Below, in pieces: positions 49,466 to 58,154 of a stretch of 64,000 nucleotides of DNA. Source of the stretch: Candidatus Hydrogenedens sp. Lineage in GTDB: Bacteria > Hydrogenedentota > Hydrogenedentia > Hydrogenedentales > Hydrogenedentaceae. Within the stretch, counting starts at the first letter, position 1; every line of letters starts with the position of its first letter. Position numbers and translations under genes: made by a program. The notes below the pieces were generated by a model that did not search any database, was not told the origin of the DNA, and worked only from the letters and a program-made list of their open reading frames with translations. The DNA is taken from the NCBI GenBank assembly GCA_049968235.1, contig JBMFRC010000009.1:32001-96000 (forward strand). Reading direction: 5' to 3'.

Positions 49466-50104
49466 TTAGGTTGTTTTAATAATATATTGGATTGCCAATT
49501 GTTTTAACTGACCCACGATTTCAGGTTCTTTTTCTGCAAGAGGAGCTAATTCATATTCCAGCAAGTCCCCAAGACCAATACAATCGTTATTTTCGAGAGA
49601 TTTATATGCTTCCTCAAGAACATGATTCAATTCGTCATGATGTTCTTTTATCTTCCTTATAATAGGATTCTCTTCCGTTACATGGGAACTCAATATATTG
49701 ATTATAAGTGCCTCTCTTTTTTTAATTTCACTCCATATCTCCGAAAGTTTCTGAAAAGGGTCAAATCCTTCATCCGGATTTTCACTCTGAAATACCCGAG
49801 CAATTTCACAACATAAATCACTTAATTCCGGTGAATATAATTCCAAATCCGCAATACCTTCCTCCACCAATTGGTAAATTGGATAGGTATTAATTTCTAA
49901 TGTCCGTATATTAGAGATATTCATTTCTTGAATAGATTCTAATGACCTACCGGGATATACTTCTTGCTCATTAACTCTTAACTTTACCATTGCCAGTTGT
50001 TGACTATTAAGAAAATTCATAATCTCGTTCAGAGCCGATTGAAGTGTATCCGGCGAATTGGAAAATTGAAATCCTTTTACTCCATCAATGAGCACTTCCA
50101 TCAC
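49466..50104 (-). CDS. Hypothetical acidic protein co-transcribed downstream of csrA
   Basis: 212-aa ORF overlapping the csrA stop by ~20 nt; 39 nt upstream of the big GT/MTase gene; no recognisable domain. Confidence 0.4.
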   Translation of the reverse strand: MMEVLIDGVKGFQFSNSPDTLQSALNEIMNFLNSQQLAMVKLRVNEQEVYPGRSLESIQEMNISNIRTLEINTYPIYQLVEEGIADLELYSPELSDLCCEIARVFQSENPDEGFDPFQKLSEIWSEIKKREALIINILSSHVTEENPIIRKIKEHHDELNHVLEEAYKSLENNDCIGLGDLLEYELAPLAEKEPEIVGQLKQLAIQYIIKTT

Positions 50105-50336
50105 GGGGGTCTCCTTTGTTGGGTTGGAAAACGGGAATATCCTTCGGGGGTTCTACCCGTGCTGCCTCTTCATTTTCCGCTTTGATTGATAGATATACCT
50201 CTTTCCGATGAACAGGAATAGAACGCGGTGCTTCTATCCCTATTTTGACCTGATTTTCCCGTAATTCAAGCACTTTGATTTCGATATTATCGCCAATCAT
50301 TATGCTTTCATCTTCCTTACGCGTAAGCACAAGCAT
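50085..50336 (-). CDS. csrA: Carbon storage regulator CsrA (flagellin translation regulator)
   Basis: [48 protein letters not shown] is canonical CsrA; AGGAGG RBS; start 1 nt after the fliW stop. Confidence 0.9.
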   Translation of the reverse strand: MLVLTRKEDESIMIGDNIEIKVLELRENQVKIGIEAPRSIPVHRKEVYLSIKAENEEAARVEPPKDIPVFQPNKGDPRDGSAH

Positions 50337-50337
50337 A

Positions 50338-50796
50338 TTAGACCTCCTGTCTATTAGTTGGTTGTTCATTTTGGGGTTGCGCAAGGAACCATTGAACAGG
50401 GTAATCCGTTCTGTCCAATACCATTTGCTTTGCTAACCTTGTTTTTGTATTTATTACAATGGGGGCTCTTAAATTTGTCCGGATTTTGGTCGGGTCTTCC
50501 GGAACCACAAGTAATGTATATATGGAAATCTCCTGAGGAGAATCGGCTTGTAATTCATGTAAATCCTGGGGAGTAAAAGAAACCTGATAATCTGGCAAAA
50601 CCTGCAAAGGTTCTAACAAAAGAAAAGCCAATGCACCATCTTCTATAGACTGAAGCCACCAAAGAGGGCTATCTTTAGGTCCTGGCAATAACATAAACTT
50701 CTGACAATTCTGAAATCCTAAAATAGGTTTTACAAATAGAAGAATTTGATTCTCATCAATTTCTATCTCACCGAATCGTGTTGTTTGTAGTTTCAT
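50338..50796 (-). CDS. fliW: Flagellar assembly factor FliW
   Basis: ..[46 protein letters not shown].. and ..[20 protein letters not shown].. match FliW. Start taken at internal MKLQTT; the ORF track extends upstream to 50943. Confidence 0.85.
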   Translation of the reverse strand: MKLQTTRFGEIEIDENQILLFVKPILGFQNCQKFMLLPGPKDSPLWWLQSIEDGALAFLLLEPLQVLPDYQVSFTPQDLHELQADSPQEISIYTLLVVPEDPTKIRTNLRAPIVINTKTRLAKQMVLDRTDYPVQWFLAQPQNEQPTNRQEV

Positions 50797-51460
50797 ATAA
50801 TTCTGTTCATTCCTTTTTGTTTTCAGTATGCAATATTTTATTTTACAATAACAACTCATTATTATAAAAATGTGTAATATCAAATAAACATTTGTAAAAT
50901 ATATCGATATATAATATAATTTACACTTAAATGTTAACATCAAGGAAGTAGTGTGTTTGGAGAAGAAAACCAGATATTGATAAAGGAGATGTTAAGATGC
51001 GACATACTGAAAAAGTAAATGATTAAAAAGAATATAATGCGTTTAAAGAACTTATAAAAGAAAACTTATCAAGGCAGTGGATGATGAGGATTATGAACGG
51101 TTGAAGTTCATATTCTCTATGTTAGAAATGCTTTTCCAGATAAAGGAAAGACTTAATATTTCAGAGAAAGAGAGCAATGAGTTTGATGAACAAGAATTAG
51201 AAGTGATAGAGACGGAAACAGGCAAAGATGTTAAAAAGAACAGAAAGAAAAGAAGTAAACCCTCAGAGGATAAAAAGGATGAAATTCAAGAAACGAAAGA
51301 AGATATGGGTAAAGAAAATATAATTGAAGAAGAGGAAGATGTAATTAAAAAAGAAGCGGTAACATAGGAAGAGGAGAAATCATCAAAGAAAAAGCAATCT
51401 CCACCAGAGAAATTAGCTCGCGGTTTAAAAACACCTGAAAGAGCCTATGTCCTACCGGTA

Positions 51461-51868
51461 GTGGATTCCTTAATGGAATTTGGGGGAACTGCTCCTCGAA
51501 AAGAAGTTGTCACAAGGGTATTTGAAAAAATGAAACATATCTTAAAAGATTATGATTTAGAACCCATGTCATACAATAAATATGTCCCTCGCTGGAAAGA
51601 TACTTTACATTGGGTAAGATTACACTTACTTGAAAGGGGAATCCTTGAGAAAGGAACTGAAAAAGGTATTTGGACTTTAACAGAATATGGTAAAGCCTAT
51701 TACGCTATGCACAAAGATAGAACAGAAGAAAAGAAAGAGGTTGATATTCCTCCATACTCCGAAAAAAGTGAAGAAATGACTAGTGAAGGAACTTTTTCTG
51801 CTCCCGAAAAGCAGGAAGAAAATATAGAACATAACATTAGTGAACCAAGAGATATCTTAAATCAGTAG
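51461..51868 (+). CDS. Winged-helix (Mrr_N-like) domain protein, probably N-terminally truncated; in frame with upstream ORF 51077..51367 across a single TAG
   Basis: ..YVLPVVDSLMEFGGTAPRKEVVTRVFEKMKHIL..VPRWKDTLHWVRLHLLERGILEKGTEKGIWTLTEYG.. matches the Mrr N-terminal wHTH. The first conserved strand (AYVLPVV) lies upstream of the GTG at 51461. TAG at 51365-51367 is in frame. Confidence 0.45.
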   Translation: MDSLMEFGGTAPRKEVVTRVFEKMKHILKDYDLEPMSYNKYVPRWKDTLHWVRLHLLERGILEKGTEKGIWTLTEYGKAYYAMHKDRTEEKKEVDIPPYSEKSEEMTSEGTFSAPEKQEENIEHNISEPRDILNQ

Positions 51869-51954
51869 ATAGAAATTATAGAATAAAAAATAAATCCCGA
51901 TAATTTTACCTCTTTCCCAGAAATACAATCCTTTATTGACATGAAAGTATATCC

Positions 51955-51991
51955 ATAAAAAAGCCTCTCGTAAAAAGAGAGGCTTTTTTAT
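51955..51991. terminator. Bidirectional rho-independent terminator
   Basis: AAGCCTCTC-gtaaaaa-GAGAGGCTT flanked by A6 upstream and T6 downstream; serves the +strand wHTH gene and the -strand tRNA. Confidence 0.55.
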
Positions 51992-52077
51992 GGTGCCCGG
52001 GAGGAGAATTGAACTCCTACCCCATTTCTGGGACCAGATCCTTAGTCTGGCGCGTCTGCCATTTCCGCCACCCGGGC
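51991..52077 (-). tRNA. tRNA-Leu (type II, long variable arm) with apparent anticodon AAG
   Basis: Revcomp folds as GCCCGGG/CCCGGGC acceptor, Leu-type D-arm (UGGCGGAAAUGGCAGACGC), anticodon stem CCAGA/UCUGG with loop CUAAGGA, variable arm CCCAGAAAUGGG, T-arm AGGAG-UUCAAUU-CUCCU, discriminator A and encoded CCA. The annotation track put a spurious ORF (51857..52081) here. Confidence 0.7.
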
Positions 52078-52185
52078 GCATATATTTGAAAAGTGTTTAA
52101 ATTCTATAACAAACAGCAGAAAAATTTAAAGTTAAGGTTCCTTTTAATGTCAGACCTATCGTACTCGTTAGTTTCGTCAGATTTA

Positions 52186-52440
52186 TCAAAGCATAGGTTC
52201 ATGTCTCCCTTTACCAGGACCATTCGGATGACGAAGACAGAAATTCGTAGTCATGCCGGCAATAGAACCGAACTTCTTCCCACAATATTTGCAAATATAT
52301 GTCTCTTTCTCCTCTCCCTCATAAGGTACATGTCTCCCCTTACCGGGACCATTCGGATATCTTATGCATGCGGAAGATGTTAAAGACTGGACACTGGTTG
52401 CTTGTTTCCCACAATATTTACAACGATAAATAGTAGTCAT
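52186..52440 (-). CDS. Small Cys-rich protein with two tandem zinc-ribbon-like repeats
   Basis: 84 aa. Repeat 1 ..YRCKYCGKQATSVQSLTSSACIRYPNGPGKGRHVP.. and repeat 2 ..YICKYCGKKFGSIAGMTTNFCLRHPNGPGKGRHEP... The repeat is also visible at DNA level. 18 nt downstream of the nucleotidyltransferase gene. Confidence 0.5.
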   Translation of the reverse strand: MTTIYRCKYCGKQATSVQSLTSSACIRYPNGPGKGRHVPYEGEEKETYICKYCGKKFGSIAGMTTNFCLRHPNGPGKGRHEPML

Positions 52441-52458
52441 AATTATCTTCCCTGTTAA

Positions 52459-53187
52459 TTAGAGTTTAATACCATGTTCTTTAGCAACGAGAATATTAGA
52501 ACGGAGCAGTGCTTCGAAACTACCACAATCTGCCCACCAACCTTCTAAAACTTCATAAGTCATTGTTCCCCGTCGAATATACTCATTATTTACATCTGTT
52601 ATTTCCAATTCACCACGTGCACTGGGTTTCAATGTCTTACAAATGTTAAACACATCCGCATCATACATATATATTCCGATGACTGCATAATGGGTCGGTG
52701 GAACTTTAGGTTTTTCTATAATCTCTTTCACTTTTCCATTCTCTACTATAGCAACCCCAAATTCCTGGGGATTGGGGACTTCTTTTAAAAAAATCTTTGC
52801 ACCGCAATCTTGTTTTTCAAAATCATCTACTGCATTCTTGATACTACCCTGCGTAAAGTTATCACCAAGGATAACTACCACTTTATCTCCACCAACAAAT
52901 GGTTCTGCAAGTTTAAGAGCATGAGCAATTCCCCCCTCTGTTTTCTGATAAGTATAATGAAGTTGATGTAATCCAAAATCTTCACCATTCCCTAATAACC
53001 GAAGAAAATCTCCCGCATTATTCCCACCTGTAACTATCATAATATCTTTAATACCCGCATCTACAAGTGTTTGTATAGGATAAAAAATCATAGGTTTGTT
53101 ATATACAGGCAATAAGTGCTTATTAGTTACGCGAGTTAATGGTAATAATCTTGTTCCTAAACCTCCAGCCAGGACAACACCTTTCAT
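52459..53187 (-). CDS. Sugar-1-phosphate nucleotidyltransferase (short RmlA/NTP_transferase family)
   Basis: ..MKGVVLAGGLGTRLLPLTRVTNKHLLPV.. signature; 242 aa. Confidence 0.8.
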   Translation of the reverse strand: MKGVVLAGGLGTRLLPLTRVTNKHLLPVYNKPMIFYPIQTLVDAGIKDIMIVTGGNNAGDFLRLLGNGEDFGLHQLHYTYQKTEGGIAHALKLAEPFVGGDKVVVILGDNFTQGSIKNAVDDFEKQDCGAKIFLKEVPNPQEFGVAIVENGKVKEIIEKPKVPPTHYAVIGIYMYDADVFNICKTLKPSARGELEITDVNNEYIRRGTMTYEVLEGWWADCGSFEALLRSNILVAKEHGIKL

Positions 53188-53322
53188 TTAATTTCTCCTT
53201 ATATCTAATTTACAAATTGCATTGTATTTGTCTTATCATTATACAATCTTTTATCTGTATTTAAAACTAATGGTATTATTTATCTCAATTTGATAAAAAA
53301 AGAATCAATAGGAGAATAGAAA

Positions 53323-54045
53323 ATGAAGATGCTAAAAATTATCTTAACTTCTGTAATAATTCTTTTTATACTGACTACTTTTCTTACTTGCACTACAAAT
53401 GGCAGAGAAGAAATTCAAAAGCGAATACCTGTTGGTAAATGTACACCTCCACCCCGTGGTGATGGTTGGATAAATTTATTCTCAGCAGAAAACCAATCTA
53501 AATGGGAAAATGTAACATCCGACAACAAAAAAACAGGATTTGAATTTATGCCTGACAATATATTACATATTTTTGGTTCTAAATCAGGAGGTTATATTGC
53601 ATATATGGGTGAAGAAATAACCGATTTTGAGTTACATATTGAATTTCAATTAACACCAAAAGCGAACAGCGGTGTTTTTTTCCGTTCCGACCTAAAGGAC
53701 CCTGTTCAGAAAGGATTTGAAATACAGGTTTTGGAGGATTATGGACAATCTCCTAACAAACAAGGTTCCGGTTCTTTATACGATGTAGCCACCCCTATGT
53801 TTAATATGTGCTTACCTCCCGGTGAATGGAATTCTTATGATATTACTTGCAAGGGGAGTCATCTCATCGTAATAATGAATGGTTGGAAAGTTATTGATGT
53901 TGATATTTCTCTTATGACAATGCCAATCGGAAAATTTGATACACCCTTAGCGCAACTACCTCAAAAGGGATATTTACAACTTCAGGACCATGGCGGTGAA
54001 GTATGGTATCGAAACGCTTATTATAAAAATATTGCAGGTAATTAA
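53323..54045 (+). CDS. Secreted DUF1080 (3-keto-disaccharide hydrolase family) protein
   Basis: Signal peptide; ..GWINLFSAEN..W..; ..NSGVFFRSD..GFEIQVLEDYG..; ..GEWNSYDITCKG..; ..GYLQLQDHGGEVWYRN.. conserved DUF1080 blocks. Confidence 0.75.
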   Translation: MKMLKIILTSVIILFILTTFLTCTTNGREEIQKRIPVGKCTPPPRGDGWINLFSAENQSKWENVTSDNKKTGFEFMPDNILHIFGSKSGGYIAYMGEEITDFELHIEFQLTPKANSGVFFRSDLKDPVQKGFEIQVLEDYGQSPNKQGSGSLYDVATPMFNMCLPPGEWNSYDITCKGSHLIVIMNGWKVIDVDISLMTMPIGKFDTPLAQLPQKGYLQLQDHGGEVWYRNAYYKNIAGN

Positions 54046-54059
54046 TACAGGAATTCGAG

Positions 54060-55295
54060 ATGTACTCTGGACAACAAAAATACTGGCTAACTCTATTTTT
54101 AATTCCGGGTATTGGTTCTACTACTTTTATTAAATTAATTGCCCGTTTTAGTTCCCCTTCTGAAGTCCTTACTGCATCTGAAAAAGCCCTATCCGAAGTA
54201 GTCGGGAAAACTTTAGCCCATAGAATAGCCCACTATCGGGAAGTTGTTGATGTGGATACCGAATTAAAATTAATAGAAAGTCATAATGTAAAAATTATTA
54301 CTTTAGATGACCCGGAATACCCCGTTTCATTAGCAGAAATTTATGAACCCCCTCTCGTTCTATATTGTAAGGGAAATCTACTCAGAAGAGACCAATATTC
54401 TATTTCCATTGTTGGGACGCGGAAATACAGCCCGTATGGGAGTAAAGCAACGCGATTTTTTGCGCAGGGATTGGTAAACGCAGGTTTTACTATTGTAAGC
54501 GGTCTTGCTTCCGGTATTGATACCATTGCCCATCAGACTGCGCTGGATAATGGGGGTAGAACCGTTGCCTTTTTAGGTTGTGGAATTGATGTGATATATC
54601 CTAAAGAAAACGCGGATTTATATGAGAGGATACAAAATCAAGGAGTAATAATATCTACTTTCCCTATGCGGACAAAACCCTTAGGAAATAATTTTCCAAT
54701 ACGCAATCGCTTTATTAGTGGATTTTCACTTGGAACAATCGTTACAGAAGCAACACAGAATAGTGGAGCATTGATTACCGCACAACATGCAGTTGAGCAA
54801 GGAAAAACCGTTTTCGCTGTTCCCGGTCCTATCGGTTCGTTAAATAGTCAGGGACCGCATGGATTAATTCGACAGGGAGCAAAACTGGCAGAAAAAATAT
54901 CTGATATTCTTGAAGAAATTCCTCAATATGCCCGTGAAAACATTACTGATGACCTCCCGAATATGGATAAAAAAATAACTCAGCCTGCTCATGAAACTGG
55001 AACAGAAAAAATCCAGTTCCCCTTGTCTATGGCAATAAAGCCTTCTGTGGAAACAACCCCTCCAGAACACGAGAGAGCAGAAAAGGTTCCACAACAAACC
55101 CATTTTAGCGAGGTTAGTTCACAAAGTCCACTAGAAGAGAAAATCCTATCTATTTTAAGTCCAGAGGGCTCGTATGTAGATGAGGTTGCCATCTCCTGTC
55201 AGATACCAATTTCCCAGGCACTTTCGACGCTGACCTTGATGGAAATGAAAGGTTGGGTTAAACAATTTTCTGGAAAAAGATTCGCGAAAGCATAA
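54060..55295 (+). CDS. dprA: DNA processing protein DprA (Smf)
   Basis: ..ISIVGTRKYSPYGSKATRFFAQGLVNAGFTIVSGLASGIDTIAHQ.. Rossmann DprA core; C-terminal wHTH-like. Confidence 0.85.
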   Translation: MYSGQQKYWLTLFLIPGIGSTTFIKLIARFSSPSEVLTASEKALSEVVGKTLAHRIAHYREVVDVDTELKLIESHNVKIITLDDPEYPVSLAEIYEPPLVLYCKGNLLRRDQYSISIVGTRKYSPYGSKATRFFAQGLVNAGFTIVSGLASGIDTIAHQTALDNGGRTVAFLGCGIDVIYPKENADLYERIQNQGVIISTFPMRTKPLGNNFPIRNRFISGFSLGTIVTEATQNSGALITAQHAVEQGKTVFAVPGPIGSLNSQGPHGLIRQGAKLAEKISDILEEIPQYARENITDDLPNMDKKITQPAHETGTEKIQFPLSMAIKPSVETTPPEHERAEKVPQQTHFSEVSSQSPLEEKILSILSPEGSYVDEVAISCQIPISQALSTLTLMEMKGWVKQFSGKRFAKA

Positions 55296-55308
55296 AAACG
55301 GAGTTGCT

Positions 55309-56043
55309 ATGATAAAAACAGAAAATTTGACCAAAAAATTCGGCGAAAAAACTGCTGTTAATAAACTCAATATTGAAGTTCCCCGCGGAACTTTTTTTTG
55401 TTTTTTAGGACCCAACGGAGCAGGTAAAACGACAACAATTAAAATGTTGACAGGTCTAATGCGTCCCACTGGTGGCAGAGCGTTTATAGCAGGAATTGAT
55501 ATTCAGCAGGACCCCGTAAAAGCTAAAAAATATATCGGATTTGTTCCCGACCATCCCTTCCTTTATGATAAATTAACAGGAAGAGAATTTCTAAAGTTTA
55601 TTGCAGGCTTGTATCAAATTTCAGAAAAAGAATTTAAAGAACGAACAGAAGAATTGGTCGGCTTATTTGGTTTAAATTCTGTCATAGACCAACTTATTGA
55701 AGATTACAGCCATGGCATGCGACAAAAATTGTCATTTACCGCTTGCTTTTTACATAAACCCGAAATCGTTATCGTAGATGAACCCTGGGTAGGTCTTGAC
55801 CCTAAAAATATAAGATTTGTAAAGGACTATCTCAAAGAAAAAACACGCAGAGAAGGAGTAACGGTCTTTATGTCTACACATACATTAAGTATTGCAGAAG
55901 AAATAGCAGATGTTATTGGCATTATCCATCAAGGAAAGTTATGTGCTTTTGGCTCTGTAAATGACATAAAGTCCCTTTCCAATACACCCGGGAATCTGGA
56001 AGATGTATTTTTAGAGTTAACCAGGGAAATGGATGAAGTATAA
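55309..56043 (+). CDS. ABC transporter ATP-binding protein
   Basis: Walker A GPNGAGKTT, signature ..SHGMRQKLSF.., Walker B ..IVIVDEP.. Confidence 0.85.
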   Translation: MIKTENLTKKFGEKTAVNKLNIEVPRGTFFCFLGPNGAGKTTTIKMLTGLMRPTGGRAFIAGIDIQQDPVKAKKYIGFVPDHPFLYDKLTGREFLKFIAGLYQISEKEFKERTEELVGLFGLNSVIDQLIEDYSHGMRQKLSFTACFLHKPEIVIVDEPWVGLDPKNIRFVKDYLKEKTRREGVTVFMSTHTLSIAEEIADVIGIIHQGKLCAFGSVNDIKSLSNTPGNLEDVFLELTREMDEV

Positions 56044-57742
56044 TAATATGAATCAAATTTCCGCTATCTTAGAAGCAAAACGGAATATCCTGAAACATCA
56101 AATATTAAGCATTCGAAAAGAATCAAAACTAAAAGTTACGGTAATCACATTCTCCGCTATTGCTATCTGGTTAGGAATTTTCTTCGGACTCTATGAAGGT
56201 TTTAACTGGCTATTAACATTCGGTTCACGAGCAGGGATAGAAGTAAACTTTGGTGAATTGCTCATGGCTCGGATGTTTATGATACTTATGAGTGCCGTTT
56301 TCCTGTTCCTTATATTTTCAAATATTCTCATAGCATTTTTTACTTTATATAAAGCCAAAGAAATTCATTTTCTTGTTCAAACGCCTATTCCTTTTCAACG
56401 TTTATTCCTTGTTCGTTTTGTTGAATGTATTGCGTTTAGTTCGTGGTCCGTTGCCTTCTTGGGTGTTCCTCTTATCCTCGCTTATGGATTGAGTCTGAGA
56501 ACCTCTATCTTTTTCTATGTTGCATCCATCATATTTTTTATACCATTTATTATCATACCGGCAAGTTGGGGTAATATTATCACTCAATTTTTAGTGCTTA
56601 TTTCCCCGAAAATAAAATTAAGAACGATGATTTTATTCGGTATTCTCGCAGTCATATTTCTATTCTGGTATCTAACCACGATGTTAAAAGGAACACGAAT
56701 TAATGAAGATACCATTCTACCTATATTTCTAAGTGCTACTTCCCGTGTTCAGTCTCCCATATTTCCACCTTATTGGTTTTCCGAAGGAGTGCTTAAATCC
56801 AAAGACGGATTATTTTCTGAAGTATTATTCTGGTTTTTGCTCCTTATGTCCAATGCATTATTTTTTACCTTTTTATCTTCGCTCATTGCTCAATGGATAT
56901 TTTATCCCGGTTTCTCAGGATTACAAGGTAGTGGACAAAGGAGAGTAAAACTTCCCAACAAAGGGATTTTAGGTCGGCTTGAATCTTTCTTAAATTTTAT
57001 TCCTTACCCTTACAAACCTTTAGTTGTAAAAGATATCCGAATGTTCTGGAGAGATGCCACTCAGTGGTCCCAGTTTATTATATTTTTCGGGATTATGGCG
57101 ATTTATATTGCAAACCTGCGTAATACTACAAAATACTTTGAGCAGGAAATGTGGCGTAGTTTTGTCGCCTGTATGAACATAGCATCATTAAGCCTTATCC
57201 TCGCTACCTTAACCAGCCGTTTCATTTTCCCGCTGATTAGTTTAGAGGGACATCGTTTCTGGATTATCGGTCTGGCTCCAATCACACTTCGACAGATACT
57301 CTGGCAAAAGTTTTGGCTCAGTGTAATGACTTCGGCACCCTTCACAGTGACCCTCGCTATTTTATCCGGATATATGCTTCAACTTGCTCCCCTCTATTAT
57401 GCTATGACGATTTTTAGTATTCTCCTAATGAATTTTGGGCTTTCAGGTCTTGCAGTGGGATTAGGTGCTCTCTACCCTAGTTTTGAGGAAGATAACCCCG
57501 CAAGGATTGTATCCGGATTGGGTGGGACATTGAACTTATTGTTAAGTATATTCTATATAGCTATAGTAGTTACAGCCCAAACAATAATTCTTCAATGGCG
57601 GGTGCTTGAACAGTTCACAAGCCCCGGTTATTTCTGGTTCGCATTGGTATTTGTAATAATTTTAATAGTAACATTAACAGGGATAACCATTGCTCTTCCT
57701 ATGTCTTTAGGATTAAAAAATTTGAAATCACTGGAGTACTGA
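56033..57742 (+). CDS. ABC transporter permease-like polytopic membrane protein
   Basis: 569 aa with >10 TM helices; overlaps the ATPase gene by 11 nt. Confidence 0.6.
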   Translation: MKYNNMNQISAILEAKRNILKHQILSIRKESKLKVTVITFSAIAIWLGIFFGLYEGFNWLLTFGSRAGIEVNFGELLMARMFMILMSAVFLFLIFSNILIAFFTLYKAKEIHFLVQTPIPFQRLFLVRFVECIAFSSWSVAFLGVPLILAYGLSLRTSIFFYVASIIFFIPFIIIPASWGNIITQFLVLISPKIKLRTMILFGILAVIFLFWYLTTMLKGTRINEDTILPIFLSATSRVQSPIFPPYWFSEGVLKSKDGLFSEVLFWFLLLMSNALFFTFLSSLIAQWIFYPGFSGLQGSGQRRVKLPNKGILGRLESFLNFIPYPYKPLVVKDIRMFWRDATQWSQFIIFFGIMAIYIANLRNTTKYFEQEMWRSFVACMNIASLSLILATLTSRFIFPLISLEGHRFWIIGLAPITLRQILWQKFWLSVMTSAPFTVTLAILSGYMLQLAPLYYAMTIFSILLMNFGLSGLAVGLGALYPSFEEDNPARIVSGLGGTLNLLLSIFYIAIVVTAQTIILQWRVLEQFTSPGYFWFALVFVIILIVTLTGITIALPMSLGLKNLKSLEY

Positions 57743-57745
57743 GAA

Positions 57746-58144
57746 ATGAAAACATTCACAATTGCTACTTCAAAGCAAACTCAATTTATACCTTTAGATT
57801 CATATATTCAACAATTTGTTCATGAAACCGGTGTAAAAAATGGAATTGTTTGTGTTTATATCCCACATACCACGGCGGGAATTACTATCAATGAAAATGC
57901 AGACCCGGATGTATTACACGATATCGAACAAATACTGGATAAACTTGTTCCCTGGTATGGAAATTACAGACATGTAGAAGGCAATTCCTCCGCTCATGTA
58001 AAAGCATCTATTATGGGGTCATCTGTCCAGATAATTGTTCAGAATGAGAAATTAGTCTTAGGAACATGGCAATCTATCTTCTTTTGTGAATTTGATGGTC
58101 CTCGAACACGAAAATTTTTTGTCGAAATAATACCTGCCCCATAA
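57746..58144 (+). CDS. YjbQ/UPF0047 family protein (secondary thiamine-phosphate synthase-like)
   Basis: ..GIVCVYIPHTTAGITINENADPDV..VEGNSSAHVKASIMGSS.. matches YjbQ; 132 aa. Confidence 0.75.
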   Translation: MKTFTIATSKQTQFIPLDSYIQQFVHETGVKNGIVCVYIPHTTAGITINENADPDVLHDIEQILDKLVPWYGNYRHVEGNSSAHVKASIMGSSVQIIVQNEKLVLGTWQSIFFCEFDGPRTRKFFVEIIPAP

Positions 58145-58154
58145 GTCTTATTTT

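Noticed and set aside
50797-51076. Sigma28 (FliA)-type promoter upstream of fliW
   Set aside because: A palindromic ATATCGATAT (50901-50910) contains a CGATAT -10-like element on the minus strand, but the spacing to any TAAA -35 is 11-13 nt instead of 15 and it lies >100 nt from the fliW start. Not convincing.
51857-52081. 74-aa minus-strand ORF from the track
   Set aside because: It overlaps the tRNA-Leu(AAG) gene and the bidirectional terminator; its translation is a tRNA-derived artefact.
52093-52383. +strand 96-aa ORF
   Set aside because: Antisense to the tandem zinc-ribbon repeat gene, whose internally repeated protein sequence is the more parsimonious coding explanation; no RBS.
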